Source of the DNA: Antedon mediterranea
Lineage: Eukaryota > Animalia > Echinodermata
NCBI RefSeq assembly: GCF_964355755.1
Contig: NC_092670.1
Span: 3,648,201-3,712,200 of the forward strand
Direction: 5' to 3'
DNA length: 64,000 nucleotides
Position numbers and translations under genes: made by a program
Notes under the pieces: model-generated
What the model saw: the letters and a program-made list of their open reading frames with translations, nothing else
Told to the model about the DNA's origin: nothing
Database searches by the model: none
Shown: piece by piece, positions 25,849 through 39,451 of the stretch
Layout of the letters: the number at the start of each line of letters is the position of its first letter
How positions within the stretch are numbered: the first letter of the stretch is position 1

Positions 25849-28800
25849 ATCAGCTTCAGAAAGCTTCATTTCTGTTTGACATCATTATGGGGAAAACCCG
25901 TTTGCATCTTAATAGGGTTAACTGACACTTTGAAGCATTTTGGTAAAGACAAACATTTAATATTCGATCTAAAGGAATACACGATTGTAGATCAAAACAC
26001 TCAACTCTTTTTATTGTAACAATTAGGATCAATAACTTGACATAATTATCAACATTAATATGTTATTGAAAAAAACGACTTAAATGATCAATCGCAATAT
26101 GTGTTAATTGTTTAAATAATCTCTTTTCCTTATATCATTTTCAACAACAAATTAAGTACTTAAATTACAATAATATGTGTCTTTATGAATGAATAAAGGT
26201 CATTTAATTTGTGACTTCTGGTTTTTGTTTCGTTAATCTACCATGTGTTGTGAAGTTGTTGTTTACATGTAAACATTATATATTAGAGATTAACCTAAAT
26301 TGATGTTTTATGTTATTTGGCTTAAGCGCTTAATGAAGAATAAAATGCTGAAATCTTTCCAAATCGAGTCACGATATAGTATTTGATAACACATTTCATT
26401 ATTTTAAATTGACTGTTTCATAAATAAGTCAAGGAGGGTTATAGTATATACCGTAGGTCATAGTGCTCAGTATAGGCCTAAGTAATAACTAAATTATGTT
26501 GAGGAAAAGCATAATAGATTTTGTGAGATCCAGATAAAGATAATCTTTATAAAAAAAATGGTGCTTATTCGGTTGAAACATGTTTGTAATCCTGCATAAG
26601 AAATATTCGAATCTTTCATTTTTTTTAAAATTCGTGGACAAAATGTATCTTTCTGTTTAATAAGCTCAACGCGCACTTCCCCATCCCCTAAACTATGCAA
26701 AAAGAAATCTTCTCTCCTGTTTCTATTATTAACGTATGGTCTTTAACTATAGAAAGAGAAGTGATATAGCTTTATATTTAATCCACAAAAACAAGCCTCA
26801 AAGTACCGACACATCTCATCCATTTTGAGCCGAATGGAGAACTAAGGTGCTACGAAAGGCTACAGTAGGCTACGAAAACGTTTACGCACTCCTCCAAATT
26901 TGGACTCAGTAAAAATAACCTAGCTATGGAAATGTAACTGCCGGCACTCCTTTCCACTTCGACCATTCAATGAATAGCCTAATTATGGATACCTAGCTGA
27001 AATCGGAAATCCTTAACCTCACCCGTATAATATATGTTTTAAATGCAGATTTCTCTTTAGCATTCTTGGAAAGAATTTAATAACTTCCTGTTTATTATGT
27101 TTTTTTACCGACCAGGCCTGATTAATTAATCGCAAATTAATTTGTCAAAAAATGGCAACATTTAATTTAAGATGACACTAATGTCAGGGCATAAGCAGCC
27201 TGCAGGTAAAAATATACCTATGTTTAACAATACTGTTTCAATCACGTGACGTCTAAGATAGTCTGCTTGATGAGAAACATCCGTCTGCTGTCTGCGTCGC
27301 GTTTCTATCGTTTAAAGTATGTATTCTATACAAGCCTATAGGCCTATATATAATAAGCCATTAATATATAGGCCTATATATAATAAGCCTATATAGGCCT
27401 ATTCAATATTAGGCCTACTATTTGAATCACACCTTTTTCGTGTTTGTTATAACCTTCAATAGAATAAATCAATACATTTATTATTGTGTATAAACAATAA
27501 AATCTAATTAATTAAATAGTACGGGGCGCATGCGCGCCTACGCGGGGCGCCGAGCATTGTATTAATCATATTGAACAATCAATATAATTTCAGCTGATCG
27601 GGATGATTTTCCTGAGAACTAGACAGATAGAGAATGACCTTTACAGATCAGTGACCTTGCCTATTATTAGTATATTTCCCTACATTATAATGTTAATATT
27701 TCCAATCAATAATTCTATTTATAGCATTAATATTGATGTTATTTTATTGGTGTTAATTTTATTATTGTTTACGTATTGTTTCCAAGACTGTTATGTTGTT
27801 GTGTTTGTTCAATTCAATTTCAAAATATTCAATTGATTTCAAAAGAGAGTTTAATGTCGCACCGTTAATATTAAAACGTAATTTGAATTGTTAAAAAGCT
27901 GATACGAAAAATGATACGAAAATGATTTAGTTGGTTTTTATTTTGGGAGATTTGAACATTTTTAAAATTGATAAATAGTTATTATTGATGATTTCGTGTT
28001 ATCATTTTAAGTTTTACGTTTAAGAAGATACAGAAGAAGAATTGATTTCCGGAAATGACGTTGCTGCGTCAAATTATTCCTTCATTTGTAATCAAGCATT
28101 ATGCTAATTTACTTGTGTACTTCTATGGAACGTCACAAAGGTCATTCATCATAGGAGAAGTTAGTTCTCCACTGGATCAAGGAAAGAGGTGTGGAGACCA
28201 CCAATGCGTACGCAGCGGAATTACGTACGCACAACGCACGTCAATCGACCAATTACAATCGACAGCTAGTTAGAATGATCTATTAACATTTTTTTTTCAT
28301 TTTAGACTTATATGAATGAAATTAATAAACAAATTATATGAAGATCATATTAATTATTACAAATATAAATTAATTTTTCATAACACCGGTTGCACTGCCC
28401 ACGTAACGTCAATATGCTTAGCTTAATTGTATCGATTCCATCGCATTAACTTTTCATTACCAATTTTATATGTGATCTTTAATATCGATTCTTCCCAAAA
28501 TGAAAATGAACTGTGAAAAAAAGAGATTTATTGTATTTTGTCATATATTACGTACAGTTATAGTTTAAAGATTATCATTTACGGGTGTTTTTTTACGAAT
28601 GTTCGTCCCACTTAATTTGAAAGTCTCCCACAATTCAATTTGACCTATTTAATAGCGTATAAATATTCTAAATACCACCTTAAAACATGGAGGATGATTT
28701 AATTCCTCAATCCCATGCATTATGAAATGCTTTGAATGTCAGTCAATTTCCGTAAAACATTCAGAAATATTGTACAGTACTAAAATTATCTGATATCTAA

Positions 28801-29079
28801 TAAAAAGCATTGATGTGAAACAGATAATAGCTTAAACATACAACAACCGATATACGTCTCCACTCATGTGTAACCTGACAATGATATGAGTATGAGATGA
28901 CGTTTTTAGAACGACAATTAAGCGCGTACTGCGTAACTACCATGCATAAGCCACAGGCCTATACTTGCTATATTTAGCAGAGAACCAGAAATAAAATGTA
29001 ACGTAATTGTGATTTTTATATAATATATAACTCGTTGAGAGATTTGTTCTCGTCATTTCATTCATTATTAAGTCAAGCA

Positions 29080-29340
29080 CGTACAATTGTCCCCAACCAC
29101 GTGCATATTGCCTCCCCAACCGCGTGCATATTTACCCCAACTACGTGCACATTGTCCCTAACCACGTGCACATTGTCCCCAACCACGTGCACATTGTCCC
29201 CAACCGCGTGCACATTGTCTCCAACCGCGTGCACATTGTCCCCAACCGCGTGCACATTGTCCCCAACCACGTGCACATTGTCCCCAACCGCGTTCACATT
29301 GTCTCCAACCGCGTGCACATTGTCCCCAATAACGTGAACC
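29080..29340. repeat. 21-bp minisatellite (~12 copies)
   Basis: Unit GTGCACATTGTCCCCAACC(A/G)C. Confidence 0.95.
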
Positions 29341-30594
29341 CTAACTACGCGCGCGTGTACCCAAACATCTACATCGACAACAACGTCTACATCTACCTTT
29401 GTCAATTCGTTAAGTATGTATGCTTTAGTATTTGTTGTCAACGGTTTTGTGGAAAGCAAAAGTAAGTCGTTCTGTAATGTAACTAAATAGGATTTTAAAT
29501 AGCCTATCGTACAAATAGTTTTAATAGGAATGAGTATTGCTGGCGTAGTAATGTAATAACTTGTCCCCGTTTGTTTCACGAGGTCAGGGTGTCCCAGAGA
29601 GGGGAGTGTGCATTTGCATCTTTATATTCTTTGTATTGATAAGACTATTACTATTAATCATATCATTTTTCAGTTCCTTCTTGTTTAATTTCACCGAGGC
29701 CTTATTAATATTATAGTATACAATTCAAATAATAGATTAACATTTATTAATATTTCTGTCTTAAATATGATTAGAGAAAGTGTTTAAGTAGTGTATATAA
29801 GTTCCTTAAAACCTGATTGAGTTAAGTAAATGCCTCTTAACTAATAATGTAGGTAGCATATGGTTGCACTACCTGACCGATCAGAATCGTCTGTCCCGAG
29901 AAAATCCTTGAGAAAGTCCGGTTATTGTGCGCAAAGTGGACTCCACGTGTAATTGTTAAAGGGCCGAAACTCCGTCATTTTAGAAAAACTGTTATTCTGT
30001 TGTGACCACAAAGACGATAGTAACTAAACAGCTTCATTGTATGTTATAGACTAGCCTAGGCCCTCCTCAAGTTTAAACTACATTATGTCAGTAGGCACTT
30101 GAGTGGATTACGGCAGGCGACTGGTTTGGTTCAAAGGCGTGTCTTTCTTCAACACAGGTGTAACGCTATTTCGTATGCCAGCTATTGTCTAGTCAATTCA
30201 GTAATTTTTAATTGCTGTTCAGATGTGCTAGCCTGTAACACAACACAATGAAGGATATTTTATTTGTACCTGTGATAGCTATTTGAATCGTGTGTGTAGG
30301 CCTATGCCAACCTCCGACGATCTCGTCACCAAGAATATAAAGCATCATTTTTGTGAGCAGATTTTCTAAAACTACTTTAATTTTCAGTAAGTAATCACTT
30401 TTACATATCTTCTTCAATAACATAGACTTCAGAGCAATTCTCCAATATTTACGAAAAATTTGACCCTTTTGTCGTTTTAATTAAAATTAGTCGTAGCCTG
30501 ACCGATTGGTAAACATTGTTATTCGAATGTTGTTTAATGGAATTACCATTATAGATTAGCCAATTGTATTTTGTAAAACCGATGTTCTCTTCTG

Positions 30595-31194
30595 TAACAC
30601 ACGATGCTGCCAGTAGGCGTACCTTCTATTCTCTTCATCTCATCTAACACACGATGCTGCCAGTAGGCGTACCTTCTATTCTCTTCATCTCATCTAACAC
30701 ACGATGCTGCCAGTAGGCGTACCTTCTATTCTCTTCATCTCATCTAACACACGATGCTGCCAGTAGGCGTACCTTCTATTCTCTTCATCTCATCTAACAC
30801 ACGATGCTGCCAGTAGGCGTACCTTCTATTCTCTTCATCTCATCTAACACACGATGCTGCCAGTAGGCGTACCTTCTATTCTCTTCATCTCATCTAACAC
30901 ACGATGCTGCCAGTAGGCGTACCTTCTATTCTCTTCATCTCATCTAACACACGATGCTGCCAGTAGGCGTACCTTCTATTCTCTTCATCTCATCTAACAC
31001 ACGATGCTGCCAGTAGGCGTACCTTCTATTCTCTTCATCTCATCTAACACACGATGCTGCCAGTAGGCGTACCTTCTATTCTCTTCATCTCATCTAACAC
31101 ACGATGCTGCCAGTAGGCGTACCTTCTATTCTCTTCATCTCATCTAACACACGATGCTGCCAGTAGGCGTACCTTCTATTCTCTTCATCTCATC
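30595..31194. repeat. Perfect 50-bp tandem repeat, exactly 12 copies
   Basis: Unit TAACACACGATGCTGCCAGTAGGCGTACCTTCTATTCTCTTCATCTCATC with no visible variants. Confidence 0.98.
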
Positions 31195-33417
31195 ATGATG
31201 TAGACAAAACTTTAGTTTCTCTTTATATTTATACCAATCACTAAAATGTAAACAGTTAGATTCCAATGGTCATTTACAACAAACACATTCAAATACAAAT
31301 CGATAGATTGACGCTCGACAGATGCCTACTTTCACACCATTTACCACCGTGGTCACTGAAGTTTGATCATGGTCACATTTCCTCTTTGAAAAAACATAAT
31401 TGACAAATTACAGTATAATAATATTAATATAAAATTAAGAGAAGAAGCAGATCAGTCAATACTGTCGATCTTACAAGAATAAATTGAAATCATTGGCAAT
31501 ATTATTTGTTTTAAAGTTAAATATTTATTGCCATGATAAATATCAAAACTGTTATATTATCTTTATATTAATAAATTAAAAAAACATCAGAAAACCATAC
31601 CTCCACCAATAGGCCTATACCAGACCTTTCTTTCTCATTTCATGCAATAATGCGATGTTGAATAAAGATCAATAGGTGATCTACAATAAACAATGCTAAA
31701 ATAAATACTTTACACATACTATTCACAATCTAAATACAACAAATACTATTCCTGATCTAAAAAGGAAGAAGGTCGTAATACTCAATAATAAATGCAAATC
31801 ACTATCCAAATGAAAAAGTAAACAGAGAGGTATCACTTTTGAAATAATATCAATGATACTATTATTTGTTTGTTTTGTAACAACCGGGGAAGGATCGAAT
31901 ACGAGGAATCATACGAACACTCCTATTGTCAGACCTTGGTAGAAGGATGGTACATAGGCCTACACCTACGCGCCTCCTGAAGGTGCATACGAAAATATAA
32001 ACAGAAAGAGAAAAACGATAAATCGAGGCGCGCAAATATTAATATTAAACCATTATACGATAAACAATGCGATCATATGAACGGATCGATCACCCCTTAT
32101 TTGTGTTTGCTATAAAACACGAAAACACTATGGGAAAAAGATTTATATATTAAGCTGATTCATTATTTACTTTAGATCTTACCATAATTCGTAAATCATA
32201 TTTGTTGACGATTTCAGTGATAGCTGTATTCATATTCGGTAGGTTTTGTAATTAAACATTGTACTATTTCCCACGGGTAAGCTCACCGTTTGTACACTGA
32301 TAATACAAAGTGTGATATTTCAAATTTTGGAGACAACACAGTACGAACACTCGGGATTAGTACGTATTTATTTAAGCAGTCTGTTTTTAATATCTTTCGC
32401 CTTAGGAGTCACCTTGTACAACCCGTTTGGCCATGTATCCTCAATCACACAGGATTGAAATCCCCGTAGGAAGTTGTACTAAAAATAAAGGCGGAATTGC
32501 GCATAAGTTTACATATTTTCACCATGTAAAAGACAGATACCACTAACCAGGGTGTGGTACGCAGCAGTCAGTATTTGTTTATCAATGAATGTGTTGAAAA
32601 AATATGGTTTAAACGCAATAACATCGGATCCCCGATCAAATTCATTTCTATACAAAAACATTCTCTAGTTTAGGCTCATCTTGTTTGCGTTCTTAAAATG
32701 TGTTGCTTTTCCACTAGAGACGCTGCCAACCCAACGTAAGTAATTTGACCAATAGCAAAGCGGTGGGTCTGTCACTTTGGTGACTTTTATTGCGTTGCGT
32801 CTACGTTCTTTCGTTGCGTCAGTGGGAACCACGCATACAAGGCCTACACTTATATTACTTTTTCTGTGGGCTTGATAATAATGATAGCCTTTTGGTTGAA
32901 AATAATTGCATATGTGTGCACGATGATTTTAGATCTAGTGGCGCGTCGTGATATTTAGGCATACGGTGGTTTGTTTCCACTTTCTATTCCCACCGTACCT
33001 TCAGAACACCTTAAACTTTTCTTTACTCTGCTATGCCTACTTTATATATTTACCCTACTTTTACCACCTACTTTCATTCTTTCTAAATCCTATTATTAAC
33101 CAATAATACCGCCATAATGTTGACATGTATGACACGTCCTACAAATTCCCTTGTCAAAGAATAGTCTGGCAAAGAAAACGCGCGTGAAACATTGAAACAA
33201 AAATTATACGTAGTCTAAAATCTTTCGGACTAGATTTTACAATCGACTATTAAGTCTTTAATGTCCCATCGGTGTCAAGTAAAATGATGAAAATACATTA
33301 AGGACATAATGCGGTTATATATAGACACACACGAGGTCATTAAATCAGCCACTCAACGTACTGTAGTATTTCCGATTCGATGCAATCTTCGGAAGTAGTC
33401 GTCTGCCTAGAGTTAAC

Positions 33418-33640
33418 CTCATTATGAATGACATTGCTTTGTATGAGCAATAACATCGAATCGGTAAATGATCGGTAAAACTCGGAAAAACTCGGAAACT
33501 CTGACCTGTCCAACTTTCACAACATGCATTATGAATGAAATTGCTTTTATTAACAATAACATACGAATCGATAAATGACGATCGGTAAAAATCGGAAACT
33601 CTCGTCTGTCCAGTGTTGTGACGTCACATTATGAATAAAA
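33418..33640. repeat. Degenerate ~105-bp tandem duplication
   Basis: CATTATGAATGA.ATTGCTTT...GAATCG.TAAATGA..ATCGGTAAAA.TCGGAAA...CTGTCCA twice, plus a partial third copy. Confidence 0.75.
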
Positions 33641-34659
33641 TATAAAATAACATAATTTGTTATTATTGTGAAATAATAAACACAAAATCTATTTTACATA
33701 GGCCTAACTAAGCCATAATGAGCTCATAAACTACATTGTATAACATTTCTGTTAGATTTATAATTAATTAATGCTGCGTGGGCGTGCCATATCAATAAAA
33801 TTGATTATTATGTAAATTGTTCGATTATATTAAAACAATAACCTTAAACGACATAATAATTACATGTTTTCAGCATATTAATATTTTCAGGCTTTTTGGT
33901 CAGTCAGTCAGCTAGCAGGTTTATTGTACTCGCAAGCATTTTTGCCATGTAGAAAGAAAAAACGTTTGCTAGAAAATGTGTAAATTTCATTTGTTTGAAA
34001 CACTTTTTATTGTGATTTATACGTAATTAATTTGCATGTTTATGTCTCAATCCTGCTCTGTGTTTGATATAAAGATAAATGATATTAAATGATATTCGAA
34101 GGAAGAACATTAGTATCTAATGATACGTATAATAATTAGCAGAGTAATAAGTCCCTATTCTATTTTTCACGTACCACATTCGATTACTTTTAATTCGATT
34201 AGACCTCCTAGTTATCATTGGTATCATAGGGCCCGTTCGGACGGGGCTGAAACTACCGTGTACTTCCAACTGTGAGGTCGCGTGTAGCAATTAACTTACG
34301 CCTCTGGCTATAAAAAATTAGAAAACCATCTGGACGAAAAATCCACCAACTTTACTGGTTATTTCAATCCCATTCCAATTACACGCTGCCTCGGGGTATA
34401 ATTAATCAAGCGTTAACGGGGTCATGTCAAATCGCGACCTCAAATAAGCTTTCTGATTGTTTAGCAATTATTGTTTAAAATGTTCTTTTTTGTTAATGCG
34501 AATGTATATCTATTGTTTTGTAAAATTATATATAAATAATCAACTCGTTGGTTTTTTTCCGGTGACCTGAACTTGCGAATCGGTGGCTTATAATGTACAT
34601 GTAACGGCAGGGAGTTCTGTATTGTGGTAGCCTGGTGTCTGTGAATTACCACATCAACC

Positions 34660-34916
34660 GTTCGGCTCGCACGATAAGAGGGGTACAGTGCGTGTTAAAT
34701 GGAATTTTTACAACAACAGTTCGGCTCGCACGATGAATACACGTGGTGATTTTTACAAGAGGGGTACAGTGCGTGTACATTAAATGGAATTTTCACAACA
34801 ATAGTTCGGCTCGCACGATAAATACACGTGGTGATTTTTACAAGAGGGGTACAGTGCGTGTACATTAAATGGAATTTCCACAACAATAGTTCGGCTCGCA
34901 CGATAAATACACGTGG
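34660..34916. repeat. 85-bp tandem repeat (~3 copies)
   Basis: GTTCGGCTCGCACGAT at 34660, 34719, 34804 and 34889. Confidence 0.9.
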
Positions 34917-35616
34917 TCAACAAACAACATACGTTAGCAGGATTTTCGATCATTATTTATTTAAAAAGTAAATTGTATTGGATGTATTATAAATATATAG
35001 GTCTGGTTGTCGATTGAAAAAATAATAATTGAAGGATTCGCGCGCGAAACGACATGCAATATCCAGTTGAATTTGTCAACACGCCATGTCAATTGATATG
35101 GGTCGACGCACAGAGGGCGCTTTTTGACCTAAGAATTCCGATCTTAATTGGTTTCGTGTCAGCTTACCGGTACTTTGTTTATTCGTACGAACGTCGTATG
35201 GGTTTTACCCCAAGGGTAAAAACCAAATAAACGTGTATTTCAATCGCCGTACGAACACGGTCATTATTCTTATCATCTATTTTTATCATAAAGAACACGC
35301 GTGCTTTACAATAGATACCACGTGACAGCGTCGTATCTATTACGTGAATAAATAGCAATGTATAGATAGGAAGCTGATAAGCAGACGTACGAAGCTATCA
35401 TGAAAATGCAATTAATATTCTAATTAAAATATCGAAGTACAGATCTCTACTAATTGGAGTCAGGTCCATTTGACCGTTCAAATCGTGTCGTAAAACGGTT
35501 TCTGTAATTTTGACCTGTGTTATTACAAGGAAGATTTTCATTACGCTATCAATATTAGTATAATGGTTCACTGGTTTAAGAAATAGTGATTTTCTACGTT
35601 TTATTGTCTTGAAGTG

Positions 35617-35770
35617 TAGCTCCGGGCTTGAAATGCATATTGTTCCTTATAATTATATATTATTTCACGACGTTCGTTCTGCTTTAAAAAAAATAAGTGG
35701 GGTAATGATCAATGTTTTTGCAAAGATTTTTATTTTATGATAAATGATAGAAATGTTCAACCCGGAGCTA
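35617..35770. mobile_element. Small MITE-like element
   Basis: TAGCTCCGGG(C)TTGAA / TTCAACCCGGAGCTA inverted ends. Confidence 0.5.
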
Positions 35771-37390
35771 TACCCTTTTAGCAATAATCTCAAGTAAAAG
35801 GGTGTGCGTGAGTAATATGTTATAATGTTTAAAATAGTTTACAAAACAAAACCTACACGCAACATCGGTTAAATTAGGGAATTATCCATAGAAACCAAAT
35901 ATGTAATTATGATTTAATAATGGATGTTACGTTTCCCTTGGAACAGCATTGCTAATAAAATTACTATAGGAAATATTCTCTAATCTTCATACAGCTTCTT
36001 GTTCTAGTTTGCTACTTTTCTATCAAGACTATTGTGTCTGCAATTGTGCTTTTTCGTTGTGTAAGTTAAAGATTTGATTTGTATCTATGGAACGCCTCGA
36101 GACATGATGATCCGAGGAGGAAACTAGGCCAAGTTGAAGTAGCCGTCTACAACATCCGTCTGAACTTTTCAATGTCCCCTAGCTTTTGGATATTAAAAAG
36201 ATCAAGCGACCAAACGACCCAATTCAGCCCAAAAATCTTCACTCTTACCCTAAGGCTCGTAGGTTCCACAACTCTTTATATCGTCTGGTTTAGTGTTAGA
36301 TTGTTCTTTTATTGTCTGCGTGTCGTCAGATTTTGTATCATTGCGCCGTAGTGCGCGTAGGGCAGACGATGATGAACGGGTGGTCAGATTTTCGAGCTTA
36401 CCAAATGTTTTATAGGAATAATGGAACATCTTCTAATCACCACCACTACCAGTGTGGTCAGTTCGTCTCGAATTTGCTAGATTCGCAGGTAGGATTTCCT
36501 TTATCAACCGTTTAATTCCTAATTTATTAATACCATTTTTGTATTTTCTTATTCAACGTTATTCCCACTGTCTTGGTACATGAATTAGGGTTTTTTCTTA
36601 GCAAGTGTTTTTTTTTCCTGATCTTCAGTTTCACATCATGTGGGGATTTCCCTTCTTCTATTTACGTCTTTTCTGAAGATTTTTGAATTTGTAGATTCTT
36701 TTCGGGTTTCACGTCATTAAATTAAAACAAATAATGATGTAGATTACCTCTATTTCGACGAAATCGTGTTAGTATGGTAGTTAAGAACAAACTATAAAAT
36801 ATATCATTGTAGATATTTTTAACTTTCTTGAAAAAAGAAAACTATTAGGTAAAGATAAAGAAAAGAAATAGGAATTTTTTCTTTTATTTTTATATTTATA
36901 GTAGGGCCTAAAATTATTTTCCAAGAAAATCAGACATTTATAATGACCGAGTACAATCCGAATACACGATATATTGATCATTTCTGGTATATTATCGTTG
37001 TATTCGTCAATGTATTAATTAAAGGCTTATTTCTTGTTAAGGCAAAGCGTTTTCTATGTCTCTATATTATCTAGGTTTATTTGTGGATGATCGTTCCTCA
37101 TCAATTCATCGTTAAGTTTACTATCTTCCTTGCTGAGTGGGTGTCGTCGTCGCTAAATTACTTTGTGGGTTTATTTTTCTTTCCGTATTTTGTCTAAAGT
37201 GTATGGGCGTCTTTCTTTCATTATTTTTTAGAAGCAAATATTATATTTATACTTTGATATGATATATGATATTATTAATCACACGTGATATATTTAGTAA
37301 CAGTACTGTAACTGTAACTAATTTTAACATCTCATCGTCTATAGTAATCTTTCTATAAATTCCTCTTCTAATACATTAAGAATTGATTAA

Positions 37391-37728
37391 AGATGTATTG
37401 TCCCACTGAAAAATAATTTTTAACATTTTTTGTTGAATATGCCATTTTAATGGCACATAATAGTTATCCACATTGACAAAAAATTTGATCTAAAAAAAAT
37501 ATTTACCTGAAAAAATTGTAATTTAAAGCAAATATTTAATAATAAAAGGCTGCCAGTCAATGGATTGTTTGGTTGAATTTAACCATTTATTATGTTACCG
37601 TATTTTATAATTTTTTTTTCGTTTTTTTTTTCTACGGAAGTGAAACTTTGTTAAAACTACAAAATAACATATTCAAAGTCAGATTTAAATAATCTAAATT
37701 GTTCATGTTTTTTGGGGACAATACATCT
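37391..37728. mobile_element. Kolobok-type non-autonomous DNA transposon (338 bp), opposite orientation to 25053-25390
   Basis: TTAA TSDs; TIR AGATGTATTGTCCC / GGGACAATACATCT; internal sequence is the diverged reverse complement of the first copy. Confidence 0.85.
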
Positions 37729-39284
37729 TTAATAATCGCAATCTGTTATTTATGATTTATTATTTTAGTTTAAAAAAAATCATAGTTGCTAGAGCATTCG
37801 CGTTGAATTACAATAGTATGGAACTTGTACGATTTCGGATGACCAGCCAGCCTATAATTCACCATTACGCGGAATAGTAAACTGATCAAACTAGTCGTTT
37901 GAACCGTAATGCCGCGAGATAAATATCGTCTGCTTTAAGTGGATATGTTACAGAATGACATTTTAACTATGCCTACATCTGTCATTGTCTTTGCAATCTA
38001 AACAAGTGCTCTGTTAAATTAATGCTGAGAGAATATTAAAAAGACAATTTTCTATTTATATAAACCTATTTAAACAGTAGTATAAGCGATATAAATGATT
38101 AGTTTCTCCCGAGACGACGTCACGTGACGTGAATCAACAACAACTGACTCGCTGTGTTACTTTGCGTGTTAATACCATTTCGCGTAATGAAGTAGTGCGC
38201 AGACCATGACGTAACGTCATTAGATCCTCCGTGCGTCATTTCATAATTCAGTTGTTTTTCTCCTTCTTTAACATACGTTGTATCGTACGTTGACAAATAA
38301 CTAAGGTGCTAATAGTTCCATGTTTAATTAAAAAACAAACCCTTCACAAAACTTAAAGACCCGGATCAGAACAAGTACTTAAATTGATTCCAAATTAAGA
38401 CCATAACATTTATAAAACAGCGTATTTATGATAAAAAAAAAAAAGGATCGCCGCCTCTCCCAAGCACAAATGCTATCAAGTTCCATTCCACCGTTGCGTA
38501 TCATTGAAATGGCGCTCGACCTTAAATATTGTCTTATTATACTTCAAGTTACTGATGTTTTGGAACATGAGCATTTCCGTTGCCGATTCAATTTTCCTCC
38601 TATGCCCCGCCCACATATATTTTCCAATATAATTAGCATTGATCTTGAATACGAATGAAGTGTATATTATTTATAAATTAGCACAATATATTCTTCAGTC
38701 ATTGACACGCATCCGCTCGAAACCGGAGCTTACTTTGAACGTGGGTTGTTCTAAGAAGAATCTATTTTGATTACAAATCGAATACTCTCACTCTCTCGAA
38801 TACAATTAAAGAGATGGGTGATTAAATGTAATATATGAGAGATGATATTTTACGTCATTTATGACGTCATCAATTTCCGTTCGATAGCGAATGTGTGTGT
38901 TTACCATGTTTACAGAAAGTGAATACTATGCTGTGTAGCACTGTATAGTTGTTGTTTGCAGTCCGCTGATCCTTTTAAATCATGTTAAACGTTACCTGCA
39001 ATATTCTACGAGTTAATTTATCAAGTGCGTACACTTTACGTCATGGTTTACTTATAATTTTCATTCACAAAGTTGATGATGAAATGGGCTTCCGGTTGAA
39101 CGCGCACTTAAACTTGGTTCCCACTCCCAAACTATCGTAAGCAATTTGACCAATCACAACGTGATGAGTTATTCAGATTGTCGCGTGTGATTGGTCAATT
39201 CACTTACAACCAAGCTTTACGCGCGCGCAGAAACAAAACTTGACAACGACGGTGCAATAAGCGTGCGACGGACATGAATGGCGT

Positions 39285-39451
39285 TAAGCTCTGGTTCCCA
39301 CTAGCGACGCAACGCAAGGACGTACTGCAACGTAAGTGATTTGACCAATGACAAGCGATGGCTTATTCCCAACAGTGGCTTGTCATTCGTCAAACTCGCT
39401 TGCGTTGTGCGTACGTCCTTGCGTTGCGTCTCTAGTGGGAACCACGTTTTA
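39285..39451. mobile_element. MITE family C (PIF/Harbinger-like, palindromic, CCAAT-bearing)
   Basis: TGGTTCCCACTAGCGACGCAACGCAAGGACGTA...GACCAATGACAAGC / ...TACGTCCTTGCGTTGCGTCTCTAGTGGGAACCA. Related, more decayed copies at ~4595-4690, 14610-14680, 18683-18785, 32706-32835, 39112-39215, 44779-44893, 48500-48620, 53961-54085, 54522-54625 and 61915-62033. Confidence 0.85.

Noticed and set aside
29035-29579. Repetitive ORFs on both strands (TACTLSP / HAVGDNV)
   Set aside because: By-product of a stop-free 21-bp minisatellite.
30595-31194. CRISPR-like array (also considered for 1-1651 and 9250-9640)
   Set aside because: Units are contiguous with no unique spacers, there are no cas genes, and the context is a spliced eukaryotic genome.
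36000-36720. Possible decayed transposase/coding relic on the minus strand
   Set aside because: Composition looks coding-like, but frames are broken and no motif was recognisable by eye; blastx would be needed.
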